Shown here: one piece after another, positions 25,903-40,500 of the stretch
Layout of the letters: the number at the start of each line of letters is the position of its first letter
How positions within the stretch are numbered: position 1 is the stretch's first letter
NCBI GenBank assembly: GCA_000934665.2
Contig: KZ538764.1
Location: 1 to 49,266 of the forward strand
Direction: 5' to 3'
Length of the DNA: 49,266 nucleotides
Source of the DNA: Catajapyx aquilonaris
Taxonomy: Eukaryota
Notes under the pieces: generated by a model
What the model was told of the DNA's origin: nothing
What the model saw: only the letters and a program-made list of their open reading frames with translations
Database searches by the model: none
Translations under genes and position numbers: made by a program

Positions 25903-26923
25903 TCTCTATATCTATAAATAAGGATGTTTGTGAGTTTGTTTGTTTGGCCCTTATAGAAATCCAGGGGAAGGCCCCTACACCGCCTTAAATTAGCATATCG
26001 GGGGTTACATTTTTCAAGGAATTTAATGCCGCATGTTTCAGCTTCCGAAAATGATCCTAACTCCCACAACACGCATATTCTCGAATCTTATTCTCACTAC
26101 TCGCCCCTCCCAACAATTAACAAAATTATATCAACATCAATAACTCTTTTCGAAGTTCGCAATCCCATGGAAATGCCCTTATGCAACAATACCTGGCAAA
26201 TTAATCCATCACTTGCATTGCATCTATATATCTTGCGCCTCTCTTTTTACACGTCCCATCGCCGTAAATTCAACGCATCCACCAATATTACACTAACGTA
26301 TTGGCCACCTCACGTGAGTTCATATTGTGTCATTCCTGGATTTTGTGGAATTTGAAAGTAGACTACCAGACACAAATAAATACGAAAAACACAGTATTTA
26401 CAAAAATTACTCATTGTTGAAAACAAAATTACCCACCTGAGTCTGTACGTACTATATCGCTCAAAAAGATAGAGACGATTGGCATTTGATTCAAGTGCAA
26501 GTTGCACTTGAGTCAAATGCAAAATTGTCTCTATCTTTTTGGGCGATATAGTACATTAACCTTCTTCAGGACAAACATAATTCTGGAACGGGGTGGGGGG
26601 TGTGAGGTGGGGTTGGGGGGTGAAGGGGTCAAAAATTCTGGGGGGGAAACACATGCCTCTGCAGTCTTTTCCTGGGCCAACTATATCCGCATTTCTCTTT
26701 TTACACGTCATCCAATCAGCATATAACTGAAGCAGGGAATCTATCACAGATAGTGACTAACTTTGGCTTATTGTAACATACTTATAAGGCCTGTTTTAAA
26801 GTATATCGAGTTTCGAGTGTATGGAACGCAAAGTTTACAAACAAACTTCCTAAAATATACTGTATGTACCCCTACCTTTACCGGCACCCCAACATACCCG
26901 GGCAACGCCAGGTAACCTGCTAG
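25903..26923 (+). mobile_element. Non-autonomous Helitron
   Basis: A|TC 5' end (TCTCTATATCTATAAATAAGGATGTTTGTGAGTTTGTTTG), 3' hairpin CCCGGGCAACGCCAGG followed by CTAG|T; no TSD. Confidence 0.8.
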
Positions 26924-27959
26924 TTATCTATAGAGGAGGACGAATCAGTTGATTGATTTATTGTTAAGTTAGGTGAATGATACAAATCCCATGTAAGTCC
27001 GGCTGTGAAGGATGTGTAGGATATGTAGTATAGGAATATTCAGTATCATTCCATTTATCATGTCGTCTACGGCGGTTTTATTCATTTCCTGGTACTTTCT
27101 GGGATGCTCTTGTCTCTATTCATACCGGTATGCCTATGCACTTTCGCATATCACCCCACTGAGATGGCCTACTGTTAGCAAGAAAATACTTTTTAAAAAT
27201 GAACTTGTGCCCCTAGTGTTGTAATCCTGTATGTTTGTTAATTTTTTGCGATTCGACACATCGCCCCGTGCCTATGGCCTCGTGAAAGGTTGAAGGTTGG
27301 TACAATATGCTACGCTGATGCAGACTATAGGGTATGAGAAGGTGGACAGTTCTTCCTTGCCTTGGGCGGCCTATAGCTATGGTAGCTAGAACTGACTAGA
27401 GGAGGATGATTCATGCCCTATACATATATGTGGTCTGGAAAATACCCCCATCCCAAAAGGTACTCACATCTCGAAGCATAGAAGCGCCCCAATAGCCTAC
27501 AGTTAAATGCTATATTCGAAAAGCTGTCTTAATTGTGTAATAGCACTTTTGTTTTTACACATAAGGAATAATTATTCCACGTCAACTGGACCCCCATTTT
27601 GATTCGGCCACCTCAGATTTTGTTTATTCGGATGCACTGTAGTATACTGTAGCCATGCATTAGTGTACAGTACGTAACCGGCCGAGTTTGTTTGTCTTTG
27701 TGACGCGTGGTTGCCGACTAAAGGATACAAACGGTAGTAATTTTCATGCATTTTTGCCCGTTGGCCTGTGGTTAGAGAGCCATAACTCCCAAAAGATAAC
27801 AGAAAATCCCAATGTTGATATATGTTCTGGAAAGGTCACTTAATGAGATTCAAGATTATCAAAATCAAATGTCTGAAAATCCAAAATTTTAAATTCCAAA
27901 TGGCGTCCAAAATATTTGCGTAGATTGTTTACTGTCGATACCGGGATGTATTTTTAAAT

Positions 27960-28680
27960 GTTTCAATTTCGCTCAAGTTGAGGTTTGAAATTAAATTAAA
28001 ATTTAATTGACAAAAAATATTATTATTAGACTATTATTGGATCCTACCCAGGTGGATCTCCTTCTCTTCCATTCCAATATTGTGTTTTGAGATGTTCTTC
28101 AAAGGTCGATTTTAAAATATTACAAATACTCGAATAAATTGAAATGTGATACCGGTCGGTATGTCTACTTTCCTGCTGGAAGTGACACTTTTATGGGACC
28201 TGCCTTTGAGCAGGGTCCCTCAAAATTTCTGCGGCGCCTTTTCTTTGGAAAACAATCTGCATCCCACCGTCTGCGTTTGTAGCATGCTACACCTTAGCCC
28301 TCAGGCATCGGCGATGTTTAATGGGTGGAACCTGGCGGCGTGGCGGAACATCAGGCAACAAAAGAAACGAGAAAAAAAAGGTGGGACATGTAGTAGGCTA
28401 CTGTACTATACATATGCTCTCTAGAGTAGGAGGAAATCTCAATATTAGACATCTTTTTTTCAGATTACAATATATTTGGGTGCAATTTGTATTTTAAAAA
28501 AGAGAATCAAACTTAGGAAGAAAATTATGGAATGGAAGAGAAAGACCTCCACCTGTGCAGTAGCCTATCCAATATGATAATAATAATTTCATGTCAAATT
28601 TTAGTTTTCAGTTTTTAACTTTCGAGGAACTCTCAACTGGACATTTCAAGCGCTTCAATTTGAGCAAAACTCAAATTTCA
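27960..28680. mobile_element. Old fold-back / long-TIR DNA element remnant
   Basis: caggtggatctccttctcttccattcca (~28050) inverted at ~28530-28557, with weaker inverted homology extending outward; ends approximate. Confidence 0.45.
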
Positions 28681-28929
28681 GTAGGAATATCGTAATAAAA
28701 GGGAAAAACATTACACTTTCATGCGGGCTCCTTTTCCGCATTACTCAGTGAAAATTAGGCAGTGAGAGCCGGCAACGTCATGGATCTTTTGCATAGTTCC
28801 ACATGTGCCAAATGATGAAATGAGTGATGTTTCACTTGTCAGTGTCTGGGATTCAACAAGTAGGCCACGAAGGCTCTTTTTGCCGGTGGGTTCAATTTTC
28901 TATCCACCAAAGACAGTATGTTATGTTAC

Positions 28930-29141
28930 TAAAGGTGTGTTCCCAAGCTGGCGAGAAAGCGTGAGCAGGGAGCATATACTATGTAGTATATGCTCCCTGG
29001 CGTGAGCGAGAACGAGAGGTCTGAACCCTCGCTCAAACACAATTCGTTCGTAGAGTCGTCCATGGATTCAGCGGACGAATGGGGTTTGTTCACGTTTTCG
29101 CTAACACCTATAATTCTCGTTAGCTTGGAGACACACCTTTA
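28930..29141. mobile_element. MITE (possibly PIF/Harbinger-like)
   Basis: ~28-bp imperfect TIR TAAAGGTGTGTTCCCAAGCTGGCGAGAA / TTCTCGTTAGCTTGGAGACACACCTTTA. Confidence 0.7.
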
Positions 29142-32100
29142 TATGTGATTTTATTATTTTGTTACCTTAACATTACTAATTTGTCCCTTAAGGGCCAGTT
29201 GCGTAAACGATGATAAATCCAGAACCATGTTTGACCCTTGGTATGCATATCAATTATGTTAGCCACTTGTTCTAGCGATCGTGTAACCGGCCCTATGTGA
29301 AGATCAATATTGGTTTTTTAAAGCCATTCAGTTAGCTTCAACCTAGACAGTTAATTTTATTTAAGAGTCTGTCTGTTTTTTTTTTGTTTGCACTAATGAC
29401 TTTGAGAATTTTATTTAAAGAAAACTTTGACGTTTGTTGCAATGGTACTGACATGGCATTATCTGGCCTGCTTATCATTGGTGGTCCTTCCAGGCAAAGG
29501 GATTCTCCAGCTAGCTTTCTCCAGAAGTAGGCCTAATCCCCTTTTTTCAAGGCCACGTGTGAATGCCCTTAAACCTTCGCAAATACAAGGTGTTTCACTA
29601 GTAGTCCCCCCAAATAGCCGGCTGTATTTTTCTCCCATTCTACGTATATACCAGTACCTATAGAAACATGATCTTTGGTTTACAATTTACCTTCGTTCAT
29701 GGGAATGTAGCACCATTCGCAATAAATGCTGTAATTGACCTTCACCGACCTCCATACGCGCTGGAACATGGCACGACGCTAATATCCTTATTATTATCAT
29801 CGAAGGTAGGCCTATCAGTAGGCCTTCAGTAGGCCTATCGACATTAATAGTCACGATTGCTGCACCGAGTGTTTTAGACCAATACAGTGACAGCTGACCT
29901 CCTTTACAGGAAGACAAAAATCTAAGAAGTGAAGCAGAGTCTGCTGATGTGACCAACAAAGTCATTGCGACTTTGTCACATGGTAATTCCATGGGAACAG
30001 AGACATGATCCAAAAATGAAGTCGCGTATTGTGGGGTGGTAGACAATGCCCAATTCCAGCATTTTTATTGTGAATGGCTATACATTATTCCCATGAGCCA
30101 AGGTGAGTTTTAACTCAAACATCCTAATTATGAGTTGGGAAGAAAAATACAGCCGGTTCTTAAGTTAACTACAATCAAAATTCATTACAACGTAGTTAAT
30201 GAATGAAGTCAGAAATTAAAAAGAGGAACCGCTGAGAATCCGCAGTCCAAACATGTCTCACAAGTCTTTCAACCCGCCCAGCAGACGTCACAATGATGTT
30301 AACTTTCTTGTCATATACTTATACTAGTAATACTACTGTATATGTTTCACTGTTTCGACTAATGCAGTATGACTATTATTAGAAAACCCTTCATATCTTT
30401 ACGAACGACCCTTTTTGCATCGGTATTCGTCTCTCTAGCGACGATGTGCGATCCGTTTTCTAAACATGCCGAATGTATAGGCTGGACAATATTATTGCGT
30501 GTTGGGAATCTGGGACTCGCCAGTCCGGTGATACCGGGGAGATAGGTATGTATAGGCCTGTAAACTGCTGCAAAAGCGTGTGTGACGAGGCTTGTTCATC
30601 GTACTCCAATATCCCCTACAGTAGGCTACTGTAATAATATTCAAAATATGGAGGAGAAACTGCGTAAAGCTACATTTTCCGACCTACTGATAAGCAACAT
30701 CTATACCAATGCAGATTTGTTAGTGCGCCACTTCTCAAAAGTTTCTGTGAATGGCATGAGAAAGTACAGAAAAACATTCTAGGAAATTCTTGCACATACG
30801 GGTCAGAAACCCATTTACAATATTATTTCAAGTGAAAGTATACTTGTAATGTAAGAAATATATTGTAAACAGTGATGAGCACAGAATGATCAATAATTAA
30901 GACTTGAATTAGTTCGAAATTAATTGCAATGTGATGAATGGTATGGGTTGAATAATTTATTGTAGTTGACAACATTCCTCTACCTGAACAGGATTGAATG
31001 CATCCAATATATTTTCTTGATCGATATAAAATTTAACTATCGCAATTCTGAATTAAAATTGATATACCGTAGCTATTATGAGTTGAACTGGTTCCGGTAT
31101 ACGGTATGGAATGAGCTGGATGTGCAAACCATTCCATCAATAATTAGTTAATTTTAAGTTTCATGATTATTTCTGCAGAGAAATTGAAGGAGTCGAGGGT
31201 TTACAATGCAATTGACTGACTGAAGCCCTCCTCCATTCAATAACTAATAATAATTAATAATCCACCTGTCACCTGGCAGCCCGAGTGGCGCGCGGCTTTG
31301 AAATGATGTGCACCAGGGGCACGCCATATTTGTCTGAATACAATAATTAACAATAATACAATTAATACAATAATTGTAGCAATTCACGGAGTACCTCTAT
31401 GTGAATTGTTAAACACCCTGTCGGTGTTCCTGTGGTTGGCACGACCATAACAGCTTTACCATAAACTTTGTGAATAATTATAGGTGTCTGCCGGAATAAT
31501 GCTCTGTCAACTTTCATTTCTCTTAATACACGTATGAAGAGCCATTTTTAAAAATAACACCCAGCTACTTTCCTGTTTCCTGAATCACTGTACTGTTAGA
31601 GTGTAATTTTTTCCAAAAATGTATCATTTGCGAAATGCAGTGATGTTTTGGAGCGATTAATATGATCTGATCAGCGTCATTCAGATAACTTCTAAGAAAT
31701 TAATGTTACAGCGTGATGCGTGTGTCCGAAGCTCCTAGGCAAAAACCCATCTCCTTATCGAAGAAGGCCTGCAATACAAGCGAAGGACAGTAGGCTAATT
31801 TATTATAATTATACACTTTTGTGTTAACTTCCTGCATATTTGTTTGACTCTTAATGACCACATAACCTATACACTCCATATTCGTGGATAATCACTTCAT
31901 AATGGAAATGCTCTGAAATTTGAATGCATGAAACATTAATACATAAGTTAGAGTGAAAACTTGTCAAGTAGAAAATAAATTCTGTTTTGGCTTGATCCTG
32001 GCCATGTGATTTTAAGGTATTTCTAGTGTAATCAAACGACTGCAACCTTCCCCATGCGTAATTTTTTTGAAACAGACTTATAATTTTAATAACTACGTAG

Positions 32101-35100
32101 CCTACGTGCTACGTCAATTTCATGCACCATTCTGAGGGACAATGTGTGCAGGGTTGGTAAAAATAGGTCAAAATTTTAAATCCCCTCTCCCTTGTCTTTT
32201 CCTAGCACCACAACCTCGAATCCTACCCTCCGGGTAAGTTGCTTATTGGTCCCAGCCAGAAAATGCTACCCATTGTGACATTACTAGGGCATGACCCCAA
32301 ATGGGGTTTCCCTATGGTAGACCTCCTACCACCTACTCTACTGACCTTGTTGCATCCTACAGCAGCTAATCCCTTTGCGCCACTGTTGACCTTTAGGGCC
32401 CTTCGGACGAGCGTCTTTATAATTAAAGGAAACCCCCTCTGCTTTTCGACTTGTTAATTCCATCAGCTACTTCAAATGCTACTTTTCTGTATGTATATTT
32501 GACAGTCAGTGTTAATGTTATGAATATCGACATCTGCATAAGAGGAACCTGCACAAGAATTCTCGAATGTCAGATGGAGGCAACAAAGGTTTGCCCCAGA
32601 GGCAAAGAAACAACGGTCTGAGTGGCACCGAGAGGATGATTTTTTTTGTAAAGCCTTCCTTTCACCTCCTACCACCCAGCTCTCCTCTCGAGACGGGTAG
32701 GCTTCTCTATTATCTCTAATAAAATTACTGTATGCTATAATAATATACTGTATGTACTGAATGTAATATAAGAAGGTTTTTTTTCATAGATACTTTTCCA
32801 TGCATAAACAACTCAAATTTTATTCTAAGCAAGATGATTCTCCTCCACATTTATATTTTATATTTTATAACTGCATTTTAATGGTAGGTTGAACGGCTGA
32901 GGTCTTATTCCTGTTATTAGCTGTTGCCATTCTTGAATGTCGAATGGAATGGATCGCGAGTTCTCCGTGGCGGTGGCGAATTGAATTAATAAATTTCAAA
33001 ATGAATTCTATACACAACCCTGGGTGGCGGGTGCAACGTCCCAAATAGGCGTGAAAAGGTTTCAAACTATGACCACCTGAAGGTCATTAAGGGTGGCCGA
33101 GCGGTGTGACCCCGTGGGTCCAATGTGAAGGGGGTAAGACACGCGGCGCCAGACCCCCATCAGACAGCTCGGTAGCGAAGGGTGGTGACAAAGTCGGCCT
33201 CTCTGACCTTCCAGGAAGAAGGCCCTTGGCGGTTAAAACATTAGGTCTACAGACAGTGTGTAAAGAGGTTTCAAACTCTACCTATAAATCAAATGTGTCA
33301 AGCTTTGCTTTTCTGTCTGTCTATATACAAGCCAGAAATCCGGAGCAACAGATCAACAGACCGAGTTCATGTCTTGTGCAATAATTTAATAATCACAGAC
33401 TACAGCATCAATGATCATGCTTGTCATATATACGAGAACGTCTTAATAATTATAGGAAAAGTTATTTTTTTCCACTTTCATTGTTGCATATACTGTGTTA
33501 GAAAATTGACATGGACATTAAATTTTTGGAGGTTTCCCACCTACGTAACAGTTCGCAGACTGTGTGCATTTCTCAGCATCTGCACAAGTCAAGCAAATAT
33601 AGGCACCTGAGTGTCAACTGTGACAACCATAAAGGTGCATATATTGGTCAGTGGCTACACCTGGGCAAGGGGTCGAAACCAGATAAGCTTCATCAGGAGG
33701 TAGACCTGAACTTACACCAAGTGGTTTTCACTTATCACCTTTTGAACCAATAACGAGAGCACCATGGAAAAGAAAATTTCACACAGACAAGGAAGTCGAA
33801 TTTTAGCATTGGTGGTACCATCGTCAGCACACTGACTTTTACGAATGCGGTATTATAAAACTGTTGCCATGTTGGTAATAATGCATTTAAATCATAATGT
33901 CACATGTGAAGAAGTATAGTGATGGGCAATAAGTTTCAGGCGCATATTTTAATTTTTAGAATGTTTGTCACTTCTACAACCTGTCACATTTATGAAATGA
34001 GCCCCAGGTGGTCAAATTAATTTTCTAACAGAACAGTATTAAAGCGCCCTTGAGTCATTTTTGGTATAAAAAATATATATCCCACAAGAAAGCACACATG
34101 ATGCAGTCTTTAATGCTTCAAACCCTCATTACCCCGAAATCAGGCAAATGCGACACTGATCGTTTTGCATTTCAAATCTTCGATGAATTTATCATATTGC
34201 ACGTATAATAACGGCGGTTTAAAAAAAAGTTAATCATTTTATGGCCACCCTGTGCATAAGCAGTGAATTTAAATAGTGAAAAGAACAGTAAACCTGCAAG
34301 TGTATGTACAGTATTAGGCATACTGTATCATACACGTCATATCACATCAAGCTTTATAACAATGCAAGTTTTGGAAGTGATGGTCTGAATTACAGACACA
34401 ATAATTATTACAAATCCATTCTAATGTATAAGTATGGATTGCTCATCCTGCGAAATAATAATCTACTTCACTCACCATGCTGATTTCTTGTCTCGAACTG
34501 TACCATAGCACATGTGCAGTAGTTATGAATGAACTCTACTGAAAATCTGAAATTCCGATAGTTTCACTACTCATCTCATGAAAGAGAGAACTAATGTCAG
34601 AGTGAACCGACCTTTTTTGGACTCTCCCTTGAAATAGTTCATATGTATTGTATAATGATCATATCATTAACTCCCTTTAACGCTAGCATTCAATTGTTCA
34701 TTATACTAATAATTGCATATCACATCAGGCAGCATTTGTTTAATCTTTTTACTGTCCCCAGCTACATTGTGATACAATGAGTCATTTTTGCAATCATTCA
34801 TTGTTCTTCTTGGGTGTCCTTTCCTTGTTTATCGCGGAAATAAACGTGGTGGTCACCTTCACGAACTGGTTCTTGCAGCACCCAGACCTCCAATCCAGTG
34901 TCACTTGACATATAAAATAATGAAGACTCGATGAAAGTGATATGTAGAGTAGAATGTGCAGTTGACATATGATATGGTCAGTTCTTCACCAAACATCTCA
35001 CTACTATTAATGCTATTAGTAGCTTCACAATAATGTATCACAATTTGATGACTCATAATTTTTAAACTTAGAACTTACTATCAGATCCCAAGAGATACTC

Positions 35101-36888
35101 ACACTTGGTTGTGGATTACCTGGTTTTTATCCTATACATCCAGACTGTATGAAGCTCCTTTGGCTGAAACCTGAGTCAAGAGGTTCCAGTTGGAACTTGG
35201 TCCCTTCTGAACTCATCCAATCCATAAATTGCTGAATTTTGAGCAAAGACTAGCAGGATCTGGCATTGCCGAGAAAATTATAAAGACCAGCCAGCGACCA
35301 GTCGGTGGTGACTTTAGATGACTTTGGAGGCCTAATCTGATTCATCCATACCCCCATTCTCAGGGTCAACAAACATTTCTGAGAACCTCTCTGAGGCTGC
35401 ATTGCACCTTTTTTTACCTTAGTGTTTGATGGATCCTGATATTGTTGTCAACAACATTGGCCTAATTTTGGCCTCATGCAACCTCAGATGGCACAGGTCA
35501 AATCTAATGTGCACTAGGCCTTCATCATAAAAAACTGCCCCTAAGGAACCTCCCTGGGAAATTCTATAATGATTCTATATTGATTTGCATTGGGAATAAA
35601 CATTCACACATATGCAATTAGATATGTTCAATATTCCTCACGAAAGCTATTTTCAATTTTAAAAAATTAAAAATATAATGAAATGGAACTTTCTTTACCT
35701 CTTCTTGGTGTGGTGGAAAAACATGACAACCGACATTTTTGTCATTTTTTACCTAAACACATAGCAACTATGTATAAGATATGACAAACAGTTTGGTATA
35801 CTCCAAGTTCATGTATCATGCACGAGACGGCCACACGGACTAGATCCAAACCAGCATTTCCTGTGATTTGTTACGAAAATGCAAACTTCAATTTGCTCTC
35901 CTGAAAAATTACACCTTCGTCAGTTATCATGTTTTTCCACCACACCCCTCAATTCATTCTTAACTAAAAAATACCAACCAATCTTAATCCAAGCCGTGAA
36001 CGAAGCTCACAAGTTCGGCCTTGCGACTCCAAGAATCATGGCATTTCGAGTGCAACATTAAACTGATGCTCTTTGTACTAATATCCTTCAAGGGTCTTTG
36101 TGGATTTCATGTTATTCACACAAGAGAGTTATTATGTAACACTATTACATTCCTGAAAGTCCAGATGTGCATAAAAAATCACACAAGGTGGGAAGGTGCA
36201 TTTGTCCTCAAGCCACCATTAAAATGCTTGAGAAACACTCGTAGCTCATACCTCACAATTTCCAGGCTGAATAAACTTTTTTATTATACATCGGGAAGTC
36301 ACATGTGACAAAAAGGTACATGGAACAACATAAAAATGAATGAAGGCCTCTCCCTCCCACCAGAAGGCAATATTGGGCATGGGGTTCCCTCCCTGTGTGT
36401 GGAGACAGGGAGGTGAAATAAATGATGATGATATTGGGCATGGGGTAGGAGGCTGACAAGAGATTGACTGCCTTTCCTATCCTCTTTCTTTGGTTATACC
36501 ATCTCCATTTACCCAGCTGTTAGGGGAGAGTTAGGAATGGGTTGTACTGTAATGTATAAGGAATGGGATAGTAAACACCCCTGCTCCTACACACTTTGAT
36601 GAGCGTCTGTCACAACTGTAGGCTATATGTGCAAAAAGGAAATCTGAATAACCACACATAACTTACAATCTCTTCGAGCAGCAATTCCAACTGTAACTTT
36701 TGTCCCAATTAGGCCTAATTAAGAGATTTTTAAAATGATGCCTTGCCATCTTTGCCTTGCATTTGACAATCTTGCTGAGATTTACTGTGGTTTATTTTTA
36801 AAATTTTTTTTAAATGGATGAGGCAAGGTAGCTCAGATCCTTTCAAGTGTGGCATCACCATTGAGTGGATTTATTTGACTTTCAACTA

Positions 36889-37124
36889 CAGTGTGTTCCA
36901 AGTATTGTGGTCCTTTTAGTTACTGCAAATTTCGCCCAAAGTTCTTAGTTTTGCATGGCTTTTTGTGTCCTGATTGACATGCCCAATTATATAGCTGCAG
37001 TAACATTCAACCGCACCTAAGAATAATTGAGCACCTCAATCAGGACACAAAACACTGCACAGGCATGGCAACTTTGGGTGAAATTTTCAATGGCTAAAAG
37101 GACCCAAATACTTGGAACACATTG
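36889..37124. mobile_element. Palindromic Tc1/mariner-type MITE
   Basis: TA-flanked CAGTGTGTTCCAAGTATT ... AATACTTGGAACACATTG; inverted arms of roughly 90 bp. Confidence 0.82.
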
Positions 37125-37406
37125 TATATATTATAAATTTCCTTGATTTGTGAGAACTGATTAAGGTGGAACAGAATCACTAAAACACACTGCAGCACAC
37201 ACTAACAAAAATACAACCTTGATGTTCCCACTATTATATGGATAACACCATGTATTATAGTTGCCATATCACACAGCCACATTTGCATAAACAATGTTCT
37301 GCCAGTGACAACACTCTTGAACTTGTGTAATACCCTGGACTAGATATATAAAAAGTCACATGATCAACTCAAAATAAACACACAGTTTTGTAAATGCTGT
37401 GCAGTT

Positions 37407-37549
37407 CTATGAATGAAAATCCAAGCGGCAGACCACATCTCGAATGCATGCGGCCAGAACTTCATTTTCTCGTGGGTGTTCTACAATAAGGGAATGCAGA
37501 TGATTTAAATAGCTCTCAATGTTTTGTGGGGTTGGCATTTCATCACTGC
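37407..37549 (-). CDS. HMG20A: HMG20 terminal exon 6
   Basis: atttttcag acceptor; [47 protein letters not shown] then TAG; matches HMG20A C-terminus. Confidence 0.9.
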
Positions 37550-40500
37550 CTGAAAAATTAATAAAAGAGTGTCAGTCAAGTTTAAAATATTCTATTTTCA
37601 AAAGCTAGGTTTACATATCCTTAACCATCTAGAATCTAGATGCTAACTTTAGGATCTCACACAAGACCAAAAAAGGGCAAAAATCTTTTGTGCGAGGATA
37701 AAATATAAGTTTAATCCTAGCTTTTTAGCCCTAGGTTGCAGGGCAGGTGCTGTGGGATGTACCCATTGCTTGACCTTCAGCCTGACCCGAATATTCTTAT
37801 TGTACTTAGGCCAAATTTGTTACAGCAAAGGTCAGTGCTTTAAGTCAGAGGTAGTGACATGGTAAAGGTCACCAATGACACAAAGTAAGGACCATTTGAC
37901 CATAGTTGTTACAGGAATGCCCCCTTAAATTATACTGTATATGTCAGCACAATGGAATGTATCTTACTGTGGCACCATGTGAGGTTATTTCAGACAGGAT
38001 TTTAAAAATATTCCCACAGTCTTCCATAAATTCCCCAACACATGACTAGATTGCATAAATGGATGGTTCTATGCATTCTTTGGAGGGAAAGAGTAAAAGG
38101 TGTTTCAAATATGCACCTTGCATAGTTTTTGTGTGGCAGATTGAAAAATGATATTGATAAATCACTACAAAAGTGAGATGTAAGCTTTTCACTGTATTTA
38201 ACCATGCAGACTGTCTGAAGAGTTAAATTATTATGGTACCATATTATAGCGCATATTGCAGCATGCCAGTAAATATGCAGCTGACCAGATTTCAGAAAAT
38301 GCATATCTGTCGGCTATACTGGCACACTGGTATAAGGCAGTGTACGCCAATACAAAGTGGGTTTTGTGTGCATTTTATCTGTGAAAAATAAGTCAAGTGA
38401 AATAAATTCTTCTGATAATACAAAAACTCGGGAGAAATAGAGCCCTGCACACTCTCCCCCATCAGTCAGCAGCCATTCATAAAATGCCAACCTAGGGCAT
38501 TTGGCCATGAAATTAATGTAGCCACATAATTGCGAAGACCTTAGCTACTAATAGACACGAACATCATGTTAATTGAAGCATTTTTTGAATAGTGGTATCA
38601 GATACCCCAATCATATTCTTCATCTCTTGGTCACTTCTTTTTAGGCTCTTGCATGCCAAAAATGAAGCAGACTAACTCATTTTTCCACCTTCAAATTTTT
38701 TTTGGTGCATACAAAGTTATTCAATGAACAAAATGCAAAAAAAATTGGATTGTTCCTGCTCCTCCCACTACTCCTGAGAGAAGTTCCCCAATTGCATTAC
38801 AGCAGGATGCCACTTAGGCACATGCCTATTCAAGCAGGCAGAAAGCCATTTCCTCATGGGAACCACAAGAAACATTGAGTGGGTGATGCATGATGTCACA
38901 GGTCGGGGATGAAACATACGCTACACAAGTATGAATGTAACTCCTCCCCCAAAGCCATTTCATTGGCATCCGCTGATCTCACTACAAAACCCAGGTACTC
39001 AGAAATTACAGTTTGGGCATCTGTATTATTCATTAACTGAGTGGTTTCCAACCTTTTACCAACTGCGACCCCCTAAACATGTTTCCATAAATGTGCGACC
39101 CCCCNNNNNNNNNCCCCCAGGCCCCTTCTACAACTGACCCATTTCCAGAAAACATACACTCCGTACGGCCGCAAAAATGGTTCAATTTACACATAAATGG
39201 CAAAAAAAAAAGTTCAACAAAGGCTCGTGACTCCCCGCGACCCCCAGGTTGGAAACCACTGTACGCTGTGATAGAACCACTTCATAAAATCATATCACCC
39301 TGTTCAAACGCTGTTAAGTTAAAATGCAGTTTTAAATATCAGATGACACAACTTAATATGGCACTTGCGAAAATTCTAGCTGACCAACCTTACTGTAAGG
39401 AACCCTGAGAAGAGAGATTTGCCATATTGCAAAGTCACATGTGTCAGAACAATTCAAAAATGCTTGTATTGGCACTGGATTTGTGCCGTCATGTAGCCGT
39501 GTTGAATGTGGGAGGAAATTCCTTACACATTTTTAATGGCCAAATATTTTCTCAATGATAAAATCTAATATTTGAAAAGAGTTATTAAAAAGTGAAATGA
39601 ACTGGTAATGTGCATTTTTATTTGTTGTCATTAAGTCAAAAAATAATAAATATTACCCACTAACCCTGACAGGAAAATCTACTGGGTGTATACGAATCAA
39701 TCTGCCAATATGATATGGGTGGTAAGGGATGCATATAGAAGTGGCATGGAGATGTTGACCTTTGACATGGACGATGTCTCTCCTTACAAGTGTGGATACC
39801 CATGTGCATGCCTGCATTGCTGATTGCTGGGGCCAGGTGTTCATACTCCCAGGGGGTTGCTCAACCAGCCTGGCCCAGCAACCAGCAATGCAGGCATGTA
39901 CGAGGGTATCCATACCTGCCAGGATAGATGTCACCGACATGAACAGCCAGGTATCTTGTGACACCATTCTGAGTGATGGGGGGGGGGGGGGGNGGGGGGG
40001 GGGGAGATTAAGCCCAAAGTAGGTTCATTTGCACATAATTTCACAGCATGCAAATTGAGGTAACATCCGAGGTCCAAGCCAACTATTCTCACATTAATGC
40101 ACTGCAAACAAGTATGATGTGAAACTGTTGCACAGCTAACCTGGAATGGGAAGAGATGAAAATCCAGCAGCCAAGTTTGTCCTCAAGTCATTTAGATGCC
40201 TCTGGAGGGCCAGGTTATTGTTTCTTTTCTGTGTTGTCTCCACCTCGAGCTTCTCCACCGCAACTTTCATGTTATCCACATGTTTTTGCAGAACAGCGTT
40301 TTGCTCTTCATATTCAACATTTGATTTTCGCAGTTGACACAGCTCTGTTTCTCGCACTGTCAGTCAAGATGCATCAAATTAGTGGTGTTCAATAAGATTT
40401 TAAAAATGAATTCTGAAAACTAACTCTTGCTGTGGTCTAGAAGCTCCTCTGTAAATATAGGGACTTCAGCACCTGGTACATCTAAATCCCTTTCAGTATC

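Noticed and set aside
33070..33190. HDV-like or hammerhead ribozyme (CCGAGC/GCTCGG stem followed by GCGAA)
   Set aside because: No valid P1/P3/L3 (TYCHCG) arrangement and no CUGANGA/GAAA core.
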